The notes: generated by a model from the sequence alone, not told the origin. A stretch of DNA of 64,000 bases from Eledone cirrhosa (GCA_964016885.1 OZ024740.1:3596001-3660000), one strand, 5' to 3'. Shown: positions 53,766 through 64,000, counted from the stretch's first letter. Program-made: numbers and translations.

Positions 53766-53955
53766 AAGGCTTTGTGGTTAAAGTGTTGAACTCACAAAGT
53801 CAGTAGTTTAATTCCTGAACTGGGCAGTGTGTTGTGTCCTTCAACAAGCCTCTTCATTTCATGTTGGTTCAGTCTATTCAGTTGATAAAATGAATAGCAG
53901 CTACAGGTGGGGGTTAACCCTGCAATGGTCCCACAACTTATGCAGGGCAGTAGTC
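53766..53955 (+). mobile_element. Decayed tRNA-derived SINE of a second family (CORE/V-like central region)
   Basis: Head gtggttaaagtgttg...gtttaattcc, then gttgtgtccttcaacaagcctcttcatttc (resembles the CORE-type gtgtccttgggcaag) and aaccctgcaatgg. The family assignment is from memory of SINE consensus sequences. Confidence 0.55.
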
Positions 53956-54019
53956 TTGTACCCTCTGTCACTTAATGCCAATGAAACACATAATAGTTAA
54001 TTGCCAGCTGAAGTATTCT

Positions 54020-56200
54020 CAAGATGGTGATTAGATTAAATTCATAGCTTTTAGCAAGGAAGTAGCAATAGTAAAAAATAGATTGGAGGGAGATTTAGTA
54101 GTTAAACTAGAAGAGGTGATTAGAAGTGACATTTTAACTAGCATTGCACTAGCTACAAGAACGGTGCTGGACCATTTCCTCAATGCAAAACATGAAGGTT
54201 TCATTGTCTGAACTAAGGAATTTGATGGACCCTAGTGACAGAGGCACAGCATAGAATGAAAGCCACAATTTCATCTTCGATAGTCTAAGATGGACATATG
54301 TTGCTTGATTCCAAGCTTATGTTAGTAGCTTTAGAGTAGCACTTTTCACAACTGTTCTGGCTGAGTAGGACAGAGGTGGTGATGAACTGTAGTTCCTACT
54401 TTGATGGCCACTCATGACTCAACAGAAAATGTGGTGTGCTGTAAAAAGCTAATAATAGATGGGCTCAATTATTTGTCTGAGCTGCAGATAGACTGGTTGG
54501 GTGGTCTGCCCTATGATATGACAGACTTAATCACCAATGTCTTGATGTTTACTGCAACTAGCAGTAGAATGGGAGAATTCCCAGCTCTATGAGACAGGGA
54601 GTATTAGCACAGATAAGAAAAGACAAGGGGGACATTATTGAACATGTCTGGCTCACAACTCTGCCTAACACAGAATTTTAGATTTTGACCAAGGTGCTAA
54701 CAAGGAGGTTGATGCTTGTTGTTGAAAGTGTGATCCTGAAAAAGTTTATCTATGACAACTTCCACCTCATGCAATACATCATAGAGAAGTGGAGAGGGAA
54801 TAAATCTGGCTTTTGTGGAGCTCTAATCAATTTGGATCAATGAAAGACATTCAATGGGGTTGTCCCTTCTCATCTTTATTGACTTTCAGGCTCTACTCCA
54901 CAAAGTGGAGATGTGGGGGGGGGGGGGTCCTGTGTGAACTAGGATGTGGAAAAATCGATGACAGCACAAACTAATATCAGTGTAGTGGTGTCTAACATGA
55001 AACACATAGAGATGATTGGAACGACTGTGAGGGAGTATGAAGTAGTAACATGAGTGAAACCAGGTCAGTAGGCCTGCAGTTCGGTACTTGGAGAGGCCAT
55101 GCTGTCAAACTTCATCATCAGGCACTGAACAGATGGACTGGCTAAATTGCTTGCTGTCTGGTTTGACCCAAACCTCCAAATGGATAAAAACTGGAATGGG
55201 CCAAGAGGTAGCTATACTTGAAAGGTCAGGCAGATGTGGTGAATGCATCTGTGTCGGGTCTTATCTTGGTCCACATCTAACTGCACTGAAGCATTTGCTT
55301 TTTTGCTTTTTGTGGAAGGGACACATGCCAATGATCAGGCAGTCCATTTGCTGTCAACACCTGCTGCATGGAGGACTGGCTATGCTGTGGCTGATGATGT
55401 GCAACCATGCAATGAGGCTAAGACAACTTAGAAATTGGCATGTCTTCAAGAACTCACAGTTCTCTGTTAATCAGGCATTATAATTAGTGAAAACTTCACT
55501 TTGGCATCATATAGAGGGTAAAACCAATGATATTCTTGGAGAGACTTTGGGCATTGACGAAAATCAACTGCTGGTCCAGGGTTCATTGATAACTTCCAGA
55601 AAGCTCTGGATTGGCAATGCTACCAGGTAACATTGCCAATTCATGATAAACTTTACATGCATGAAAGTGCTGTCAGCTGGGCTTGTCCAAGATGCGTGCA
55701 GGGCGACAGAACTGTCTAGAATGTCCAAGTATTGTGGACTTGTGCTTTATGTTAAACACCAGCTGCCACGTGTAGAATAGATCCAACTATGATCTGAGTC
55801 AATCATGAAGATTGCCCGACTACTTAGCCAGGAAGGTTAGGTAGGTTTATCTACCTGGTGGCCATGGCGAGGTCATGTGGTGAACATGTTTGAAAGGATT
55901 GAAGAGAAGCACTTTTGTCTTCAGCAAAGTCTTAATTAACTTTAGGTTTCATTTGAAGAGGGAAATCAAAGTGGAGAGGGAAGTGCTACCTTCCAGCTAA
56001 TTTGTTGAAAGGTGGGCTAGAGTGGTAAACATGGACTGAGTGAATGGACCTGCTTAGAGTATGTGCTAATAGACTGGAGGAGGACAATAGGGAGGGATCA
56101 CTTACCCTAATGGTCAGGGTGACAGTGGCCTTTACTGGGCTTTCTCCATGAGTAACCTCCTTGGGATTTTGATTTTGTTTGAATTTTTTAAAATAAGAAA
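54020..56200 (+). mobile_element. Heavily decayed L1/Tx1-clade LINE ORF2 remnant with 3' UTR
   Basis: Manual translation gives RT-like motifs in the expected order: GLGGLPYD (~PGxDGLPYE), WLTTLPNTEF*ILTKVLTRRL (~WRPITLLNxDYKILAKVLAxRL), IYDNFHLMQYIIE, GALINLDQ*KTF (~LDQxKAFD), VWFDPNLQMDKNW, FLWKG...GGLAM (ORF 55088-55483) and C-terminal LPIHDKLY...CPRC (zinc-knuckle-like). Many stops, frameshifts and deletions. The 5' limit is approximate. Confidence 0.8.
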
Positions 56201-56212
56201 TTATTATTATCA

Positions 56213-56594
56213 TTAGAGCCTTGGATAATATACTTTACAGTAGGCATGTCAAACTGAGGGTCCCCCGAGGTCCACATGGGTCACATATGAGTTGTCTGAG
56301 GGCCACACATGACAACTAATTGTGCACATTACAACTAATATTTTTTATTTTATATTACACTTGTGCTGTAAAAACCTTTGTGAGGACCGCAGATGGGCTT
56401 GTAAAGGGCCTCATGCAGCCCGCGGGATGCATGTTTGACATGCCTGCTTTACAGCATATAGTTCTGGCTTTAAGGTTGATAAAATAAAATACCAGTAATA
56501 CACTGGGGTCGATTTAATTTATATTCCTCTCCTCCCAAATTGTAGGCCTTGTGCCTAAATCAGAAACCATTATTATTATTATTATTATTATTAT
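56213..56594 (+). mobile_element. tRNA-derived SINE copy (partial), interrupted by the hAT MITE, ending in (ATT)n
   Basis: The empty-site sequence ttggataatatactttacagcatatagtt matches ttggacaccatgctttgaagcatagagtt of sister copies. The 3' part reads gataaaataaaataccagtaatacactgggg...gtgcctaaatcagaaacc(att)n. Confidence 0.7.
56241..56446. mobile_element. 206-bp non-autonomous hAT-type (Charlie-like) DNA transposon (MITE)
   Basis: 14-bp TIRs tAGGCATGTCAAAC (56241-56254) and GTTTGACATGCCTg (56433-56446) with one terminal mismatch. Perfect 8-bp TSD CTTTACAG at 56233-56240 and 56447-56454. GC-rich subterminal gcagcccgcggg. Confidence 0.92.
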
Positions 56595-56818
56595 AGCGGT
56601 GGATTTGAAGTATAGGTGGAGCGTCAAACAACATGCTTTGTGGCATAGAGTTATGGCCATTTACGTTCTGAGATTAAATCCTGCCATGGTTAGCTTTGCC
56701 TTTCATCCTTACAGGGTCAATAAAATAAAGTACCAGTAATGCACTGGGGTCAATTTAGTCACCTTTTCCCTCTCCCCAAATTGTTTTCCATGGGCCTATA
56801 TCAGAAACCATTATTATT
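56595..56818 (+). mobile_element. tRNA-derived SINE (core resembles the Meta-SINE domain)
   Basis: Head gcggtggatttgaag, B-box-like gagattaaatcc, core ctttgcctttcatccttacagggtcaataaaataaagtaccag, (ATT)n tail. The Meta-domain likeness is recalled, not searched. Confidence 0.82.
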
Positions 56819-57000
56819 GTCAGTATCGGTAGAGAGTTGGACGCCATGCTTTCTAGCAGAGTTACGTCCCTTTATGGTTTGAGTTCAAATCCCGCCTAGG
56901 TTAACTTTGCCTTTCATCCTTACGGGGTCGATAAAATAAAGTACCAGTAATGCACTGGATAATTGCTGGCCTTGTGCCAAAAGTAGAAACAATTATTATT
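56819..57000 (+). mobile_element. tRNA-derived SINE, same family
   Basis: B-box gagttcaaatccc; core ctttgcctttcatccttacggggtcgataaaataaagtaccag; tail gtagaaacaattattatt. Confidence 0.85.
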
Positions 57001-57134
57001 AAATCCTTACTGAAAATAAGGAAATATTATTTTAAATAAAATAAAATTTTAAAAATATTAAAAGAAATTATAGTTATAAATATTTCTAATTTATGTTCAA
57101 AGGTAATCTTTTAGGAAAGGGTTAGTAATTAAGC

Positions 57135-57460
57135 AACAACTCTGAGCACCTTTTTGAATTCCTTGTGTCTAACAACTGTGGACATGCCTACACAATCATG
57201 CGCAGAGTTGCTGAGGCATGGAACAAACTACCTGAAATCCTCCAACACTACACCTAAGTGTGTGTGCACAGACATTTACACACAATTGTGTGTGTGTAAA
57301 GAATGGAATATCAGGTGTGGTTTTGGAGAATTTCAGTGTATATCATGACTCATACACTGTTCACTTTGCTGGCATTTGTACATTATTCTATGTACAATAC
57401 ATACACCTTTGATGAGTTGTAGTGCACCTGAGCCCTGTACACAATAATTTCATTATTATT
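57135..57460 (+). mobile_element. 3' remnant of a CR1/L2-group LINE
   Basis: The frame from 57141 reads SEHLFEFLVSNNCGHAYTIMRRVAEAWNKLPE, matching the CR1-type C-terminal motifs TRGHxxK and RVxxxWNxLP with an internal deletion. It ends in ...tacacaataatttcattattatt. Confidence 0.7.
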
Positions 57461-57480
57461 TTCAAACCAACATCAATATT

Positions 57481-57646
57481 TAACTGGTACTTTATTTTAT
57501 AAAGCCTAAAGGAATGGAAAGAAAACTTGTCCGAGGCCCAATAAAATAAAGTAACAGCCAAGCACTGGGGTGGTTATTATGGATTTATGCCCACCCCACA
57601 AACAAAATATTACTGACCTTGAGCCAAAAGTAGAGACAATTATTAT
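57481..57646. mobile_element. Two SINE 3' fragments in opposite orientation
   Basis: actggtactttattttat (57483-57500, minus copy) and ataaaataaagtaacag...gagccaaaagtagagacaattattat (57541-57646, plus copy). Confidence 0.6.
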
Positions 57647-57659
57647 AACTATGGTCCCA

Positions 57660-57943
57660 GTAAATTGGCTGCTCTGAGTATATACCTGTAAATTGGAGGA
57701 GGACAACTGGGAGAGGGGACTAGTCATAGCATTCAGGATGACTGTGTTTTTTGGATGGCTTTCTACAAGAATGACCCTCAGAGATCTCCCCACACCGTTG
57801 GGGAACCTGTTTTTGTTTGTTTCATTTTTTAAATGCTTATGTTTATTTTTTTAGTTTTTGTTATAACCTTTTTTTAACACACAGAACCCCATAGTGACAT
57901 CTCTCTGTTTAATGTCAGCCCTGTGGCTAATAAAGATATTATT
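57660..57943 (+). mobile_element. Second L1/Tx1 3'-UTR remnant
   Basis: Similar to 56055-56160 (gagtat...ggaggaggacaa...tcagg.tgac.gtg...ggctttct). It has a T-rich tract and ends in aataaagatattatt. Confidence 0.6.
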
Positions 57944-58135
57944 AGATGGTGGATTGCCAGTATCGGTAGATGGTTGGACACCATGCTTTGAAGCATAGAG
58001 TTACGTCCCTTTATGATCTGAGTTCAAATCCCGTCGAGGTTAACTTTGCCTTTCATCCTTACAGGGGTCGATAAAATAAAGTACCAGTAATGTACTGGGA
58101 TAATTGCTGTAATGTACTGTGCCAATAGTAGAAAC
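57944..58135 (+). mobile_element. tRNA-derived SINE, same family; its tail position is occupied by the RTE insertion
   Basis: A-box-like ggtggattgccag, B-box gagttcaaatccc and the same core. It ends gtgccaatagtagaaac directly against the RTE (CAT)n tail. Confidence 0.85.
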
Positions 58136-61100
58136 ATCATCATCATCATCATCGTTTAACGTCCATTTTCCACGCTAGCATGGGTCTGGATGGGAATTGT
58201 CCCACTTGAGGCAAGATTGATTGTCTTGCTCAGGACTGTCTGGCGGGTTTTCTACGGCATGGTGCCCTTCCTAACACCAACCACGTTTACAGTGTGTACT
58301 GGGAGGTTTTTACCGTGTTACCTACACGGCCACATTACAGCGTGGACTGTGTGTTTTTTTTTGTCGTGACACCTACATGACCTCATTTGTTTAGGACTGG
58401 ATGTTGTGGTACCAACATAACTTCACATTTAAGGGGGTGGTGTGGATGGGGTAGGGATAGTGGGACGAGGGTGTATTTTGTTAGAGGTGCCTACTGACTG
58501 TAGTAGGTTTCACTTTGTACTTAGGTAAGGTGGGTCTTCTGTATTACTGTGTAGCGCCAAAGATCTCGGTCCAGTGACATTGTCTTATAGAGGTGTATGT
58601 GTGTGAGGTCGGAATTTATCAAGTCGTCCCAGGTTTTTCTGTGTCTGCCTACTCCGTGGCTACCATCTATTTTTATGGCCCTGCACTTTTTTATACAGCT
58701 GTCGTCTTTCATGCGCATCACGTGACCATACCAACGTAGCCTTCTCTCGACTAAACAACATCTGATCCCTCTTATTCCTAATTTCTCCCTTAGTTCTTTT
58801 ATGCTTTGCCGTTCACGTATATTACTATTACACATCCAGCGGAGCATGCAAGCTTCGTTTCTCTCCAGTCTGCGTATATCCTCTGCACACAATGCCCTGG
58901 TCTCACTGCCATGTAACATTGGTGTTCGTATGCAGGCATCATACAGCCTGCCTTTCATTTTTAGAGAGAACCCTTTAGCGGCCAATAGTGGTATAAGCTC
59001 TCTGAACTTTTTCCATCCCGTTCTGACTCTAGCTACTGTACTTTCAGAGCACCCTCCCCCACTGCTGATTTTGTCACCCAGGAAACGGAAGCTGTCCACT
59101 ATTTCTATAGAACCATCTGTGCAATGGAATGAGCTAGTATTCTGTGGACAATTGCTGCTACTTATTGCACCAGAGCACCGGCCACATGTAAAATCTATAT
59201 TCTTAGTTAGCTTACCTGTGATCCCACTACATCTATTATGCACCCATACTTTGCATTTGGGACATAAAATGGAGTTTCTGCCTACTCCTTTCCTACACAC
59301 TGAGCATGGCCATTTCCCAGATGGGACCGGTGCCCTATTTTCCTTCCTACATACTAGAACTTTAGTCTTAGACAAGTTAACTTTAAGGCCTTTTGATTCT
59401 AGGCCATGCTTCCATGTTTGGAATTTCTTCTCTAGTTCAGCCATTGATTCAGCTATGAGTGTTAGATCATCTGCATATAGGAGTTCCCATGACCAGCCCG
59501 TCTTGAACTCCTCTGTTGTAGCCTGAAGGGCAATAATAAATAGTAGGGGGCTTAGGACAGAGCCCTGATGAACACCAACTTTTACGCTAAACTCTTCACT
59601 ATATTCGTTGTTAATTCTAACCTTGCTGGCTGTTTCTTTATACATGGCTTGTATAGCTCTCACAAGCCATTGATCATCACCTAGTTTTCTAAGAGACCAC
59701 CAGATAATCGAGCGGGTTATTCTGTCAAAGGCTTTCTCCAAGTCAACAAAGGCTAAGTATAGGGGTTTACTTTTAGCTAGGTACTTCTCTTGTAGTTGTC
59801 GTACAATGAAGAGAGCGTCTGTTGTACTTTTACCTGACACAAACCCGAACTGCATTTCGTCTAGACCAATTCGCTCTCTGATTAGTTGCGCTATTACTTT
59901 TTCTGTGACCTTCATGACCTGGTCAATTAATTTAATGCCTCTATAGTTTCCCCTATCTAGGGCATCACCTTTACTCTTGTAGCAGTTAATGATGATGCTG
60001 CTGCGCCAGTCCTTTGGAACGACCCCATTCTGTATAACTTGGTTTACTATCCGGGTGACCATAGTGTGTCCCACCATTCCAGTTGCTTTCAGCATTTCAG
60101 CAACTATTTCCGAAGGCCCGGCCGCCTTGCCCGTCTTCATGTCTTTGATCGCCTTACTTATTATACTAACTTCAACTAGCACTGCTGGTCCCTCTATTGG
60201 ATCGATGTGGGGGAGACTGTCTTTCTCCCATTTATTCTCCTCATTTAGTAGCCTTTCGTAGTGACACTTCCAAGCTACCTTCTTATCAGCGTCAGTGATG
60301 GCAAGTACACCATCATCATTAAGGACACACTTCTCCCCGACAATATCACGGTTTTCCTTGACACATTGCCTAGCAATCCTGAACACCTCACGTTTTTGGT
60401 CCTCGCGTTGTAGAACATGCTTGAACTTTCTTTCCTCTGCTTCCCTTCTTGCGAAGTACACTTGTCTCCTAGCTTCCCTCCTGGCCACTTGATAGTCTTC
60501 TCTACTTCCCCCATCCCGCCATCCTTTCCAAGCCTGCTTTTTGGCCTTGATTGACCCCTCCACCTTACTGTTCCACCACCAAGTTACTCTCCTCCTGTCT
60601 ATAGGTCTGCTCCAGCCACAGGTTTCATCTGTTGCCTTCAGCAGGTTAGTATTCAGGAATTCCCACTGTTCCTCTATATTCTACGACTCTAATTGCTCTT
60701 CCTTACTGTCAAAAGCATCAAGTAATATGCTTTTAAATTTATTACTGGCTGTGGGGTCCTTTAGCTTCCATATTTTTCTCCTGAGGATAGTCCTCCTCTG
60801 TTGTTGAATATGTCTCGTCCTGACTATGAGGTCGCTAATTATGAGTCTATGTTGAGAGGTGCATTCTTCATGGGGGAGGGGTTTAGTGTTTACAACAGAC
60901 ACTCTGTCACGTCTCCTGGTAAGGATATAATCTATCTAACTGGCGTGTTCCCCTGATCTATAGGTGATCAAGTGATTGTCTCGTTTTTTGAAGTTAGTGT
61001 TACAGATAGTTAGGTTATTTGCGTCACAGAATTCCATGATTCTGGAGCCTTCCTCATTTCTAGTACCAAACCCATAGCCTCTATGGATTCTGTCATAGCC

Positions 61101-61553
61101 GTCACAATGTTGTCCAATGTGACCATTTAGGTCGCCAGCAATAACTATGTAGTCACTGTCGGTTATTTGGGAGGTAGTGAGCATTAACGTCTCATAGAAT
61201 CTGTCTTTTATAATGCCAGGCAGTCCGGGTTGGGGTGCATATGCAGATATTATTGTCACAGTAGTTCTATTGAGGACAAGTCTTATTTTAATTATTCTGT
61301 CATTCACTCTATTTACGTCTATTATCTTATCTGCCCACTTTTCTGCTACCATGATTCCTACTCCACCCAGCCCATCGTCGTTTCCCACCCAGAAAAGCTT
61401 ATAACATCGTTCTTTACCCACAATGAATCTAGCAGACCCACCCCTCCACCTGGTCTCTTGGATACAACAAACATCGACCTCCTTACGTTCAAGCATTTCT
61501 ATAACCTCGTTAGAGCGACCCTTTAAGGTGCCTACATTCATGGTACCAACTCA
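58136..61553 (-). mobile_element. RTE-clade LINE, 5'-truncated near the start of the endonuclease domain, with 3' UTR and (GAT)n tail
   Basis: Single reading frame APE + RT. The minus-strand 3' end reads ...catgctagcgtggaaaatggacgttaaac(gat)n. I found no clear TSD. Confidence 0.95.
58521..61541 (-). pseudogene. RTE ORF (~1006 codons): APE endonuclease, reverse transcriptase and PHD-type zinc finger, broken by two in-frame TAG stops (60936-60938, 60681-60683)
   Basis: ORFs 60936-61541, 60681-60902 and 58521-60563 are in one frame (checked codon by codon across both gaps). APE motifs: NVGTL, CIQETRW, AYAPQ, GDLNGHIG, S*IDYIL, QHRL. RT motifs: NYRGIKL, FVDLEKAFD, QGSVLSPLLF, LLYADD. The C-terminal RLRWYGHV and GRxRKTW motifs are typical of RTE. 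Confidence 0.93.
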
Positions 61554-61564
61554 GAAGTTTATTA

Positions 61565-61777
61565 AAGGTGGTGGATTGGCAGTAATTGGTAGAGTGTCAG
61601 ACATGTTCTGAGGCATAGAGTTATGACCCTTTACATTTTCAATTCAAATTCTGCTGAGGTTAACTTTGCCTTTCATCCTTATGGGGATTGATAAAATAAA
61701 GTACCAGTAAGACACTGGGGTTTAATCAACTCCCCTTCCCTCCTCAAACTGCTGGCCATGTGACTAAACTGATATTT
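61565..61777 (+). mobile_element. tRNA-derived SINE, same family
   Basis: aaggtggtggattggcag head, aattcaaattc B-box remnant, core gaggttaactttgcctttcatcctt...gataaaataaagtaccag. Confidence 0.85.
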
Positions 61778-61814
61778 GGGGCATTCCAATGACAACAGAT
61801 TAACAGTATTTCTG

Positions 61815-61929
61815 GGGTTATTACTGTTATTGTTGTTGCTGTTGTTGGTGCTGTTGTTGTTGTTGATGGTGATGGTGGTGGTGGTGAATGTGGTGCTATT
61901 GTTGTTGTTGTTGGTGGTGGTGATGGGGC

Positions 61930-61962
<33 letters not shown>

Positions 61963-61965
61963 GGA

Positions 61966-62017
<52 letters not shown>

Positions 62018-62239
62018 GGTGGTGGTGGTGGTGGTGGGGTTATTGTTGTTGTTGTTGTTGTTATTGTTGTTGGTGGTGGTGGTGGGGTTGTTGTTGTTGT
62101 TGTTGTTGTTGTTGTTATTGTTGTTGTTGGTGGTGGTGGTGGTGGTGGGGTTATTGTTGTTGTTGTTATTGTTGTTATTGTTGGTGGTGGTGGTGGTGGT
62201 GGGGTTGTTGTTGTTGTTGGTGGTGGTGTTGGTGGGGCG

Positions 62240-62307
<68 letters not shown>

Positions 62308-62331
62308 GGTTATTGTTGTTGTTGTTGTTGA
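61815..62331. repeat. Alternating (GTT)n/(GGT)n compound microsatellite
   Basis: Direct read; repeated blocks of (gtt)n(ggt)n ggggtt. Confidence 0.96.
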
Positions 62332-62395
62332 TATTAACAAAACATTGTCAATAATATGGAATAAATTGGAAATAAAATGACACCAGAAGACCCTG

Positions 62396-63698
62396 CATAT
62401 GTGTGTATGTGTGTATGTGTGTGTGTGTGCATATATACACAAACATATACATATACATATATACACAAACACATACACACACATATATACACAAACATAT
62501 ACACACATATATATATACACAAACATATACACACACATATATACACAAACATATACACACACATATATACACAAACATATACACACACATATATATACAC
62601 AAACATATACACACATATATACACAAACACATACACACACATATATACACAAACATATACACACATATATATATACACAAACACATACACACACATATAT
62701 ACACAAACATATACACACACATATATACACAAACATATACACACACATATATATACACAAACATATACACACACATATATACACAAACATATACACACAC
62801 ATATATACACAAACATATACACACATATATATACACATAAATATATACACACATATACACACATAAATATATACACACACATATACAAATAAATATATAC
62901 ACACATATATACACATAAATATATACACACATATATACACATAAATATATACACACATATATACACATAAATATATGCACACATATATACACATAAATAT
63001 ATGCACACACATATATACACATAAATATATGCACACATATATATACACATATATACACACACATGTACACACATAAATATATGCACACATATGCACACAT
63101 ATATACACACACATGTACACACATAAATATATGCACACATATATACACATAAATATATGCACACATATATATACACATAAATATATACACACATATATAC
63201 ACATAAATATATGCACACATATATATACACCTAAATATATACACACATATATATACACATAAATATAAGCACACATATATATACAGATACATTTACAATC
63301 ACACGCACTGCAGTCACGCACAGAAACATGTATACAAACTCACAAACAAATGTACACATACACACATACACACATACACACATACATACATATACACATA
63401 CATACACACATACACACATACATACATATACACATACATACACACATACACACATACATACAGACATACACACATACACATATACATAAAGACACACATA
63501 CACACATACACCCATACATACATACATACACACATACACACATACACACATATACACATATACACATATACACATACATACATACATACACACATACATA
63601 CACACACACATACATACATACATACATACATACATACACACATACACACATACGTACATACATACTTACATACACACATACATACAAACATACATACA
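62396..63698. repeat. 1.3-kb (CA/TA) compound microsatellite with ~24-30-bp higher-order units, grading into (TACA)n
   Basis: Units acacaaacatatacacacacatatat, then acacataaatatat(g/a)cacacatatat, then catacata-type tetramers. Confidence 0.95.
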
Positions 63699-64000
63699 TT
63701 GGATGTTAGAACTCGAAAACTTCTCAGTGTTACTGGGAACTTTAACACCAATGGTGATGTGGATAGGCTATACTTCTCACGCAAGGAAGGTGGCCGGGGT
63801 CTAAAATCAATATTAACAACATATGAGACCCGGATAGTGACACTGAAGTAACACCTTCAACAGAGGAAAAAGGTTGGCAACCATCTTGCCCAGGTTTATG
63901 ACCATGAAAAAAGAAATATCATTAGAATAGCGACTGATCTGGAGGAGAGATATGGAATAAAGCCTGATATAAATCTCTCACCCAGAGAAATCGGAAGATC
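63699..64000 (+). mobile_element. 5'-truncated R4/Dong-like (restriction-like endonuclease) non-LTR retrotransposon fragment, running off the window
   Basis: The frame from 63699 reads LDVRTRKLLSVTGNFNTNGDVDRLYFSRKEGGRGLKSILTTYETRIVTLK*HLQQR..., matching the post-RT motif LDxxTRKxL...DVDRLYxxRxxGGRGL of R4/Dong-type elements. It has one in-frame TAA and is absent from the supplied ORF track. Confidence 0.8.

Noticed and set aside
56595-58135. tRNA genes suggested by A/B-box motifs
   Set aside because: No cloverleaf; the motifs are heads of repeated SINE copies followed by a shared core and tail.
58231-58250. caggactgtctggcgggttt in the RTE 3' UTR resembles the satellite unit, suggesting an RTE origin of the satellite
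   Set aside because: Only 10 bp match exactly. About one such hit is expected by chance in 12 kb given the number of unit 10-mers, so it is unsupported without a family-level alignment.
58120-61565. Target-site duplication around the RTE
   Set aside because: The flanks (gtgccaatagtagaaac and gtaccaactcagaagtttatt) are only loosely similar, with no exact direct repeat.
58801-61611. Plus-strand ORFs (58801-59526, 59989-60261, 60295-60492, 60541-60807, 61213-61611)
   Set aside because: Antisense shadows of the RTE ORF.
61744-63784. Long Cys/Val/Tyr/Ile- and Thr/Pro-rich ORFs (mucin- or metallothionein-like)
   Set aside because: Translations of CA/TA and GTT/GGT simple repeats, open in several frames on both strands.

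Overview
Eukaryotic, repeat-only DNA with no host gene that I can support. Bases 1 to ~51557 are one uninterrupted tandem array of a 19-bp unit, GGACWGTCAGTGGTTTACW (about 2,700 copies; the left end lies outside the window). The array has two A/T-dimorphic sites, islands of 20-bp units and nested higher-order duplications (offsets of 209 to 7573 bp). All + strand ORFs in it are artefacts of a stop-free unit whose length is not a multiple of 3. The last ~12.4 kb holds compound microsatellites, tRNA-derived SINEs, a 206-bp hAT-type MITE with an 8-bp TSD, and relics of four non-LTR retrotransposon clades: L1/Tx1, CR1-like, an RTE with an almost complete ORF (APE-RT-PHD finger, two in-frame TAG stops) and an R4/Dong-like fragment next to a (TACA)n tract. 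The repeat repertoire resembles what I recall from octopus/cephalopod genomes; this is inference, not verified. I found no convincing novel gene system. The most unusual object is the structured 19-bp satellite.
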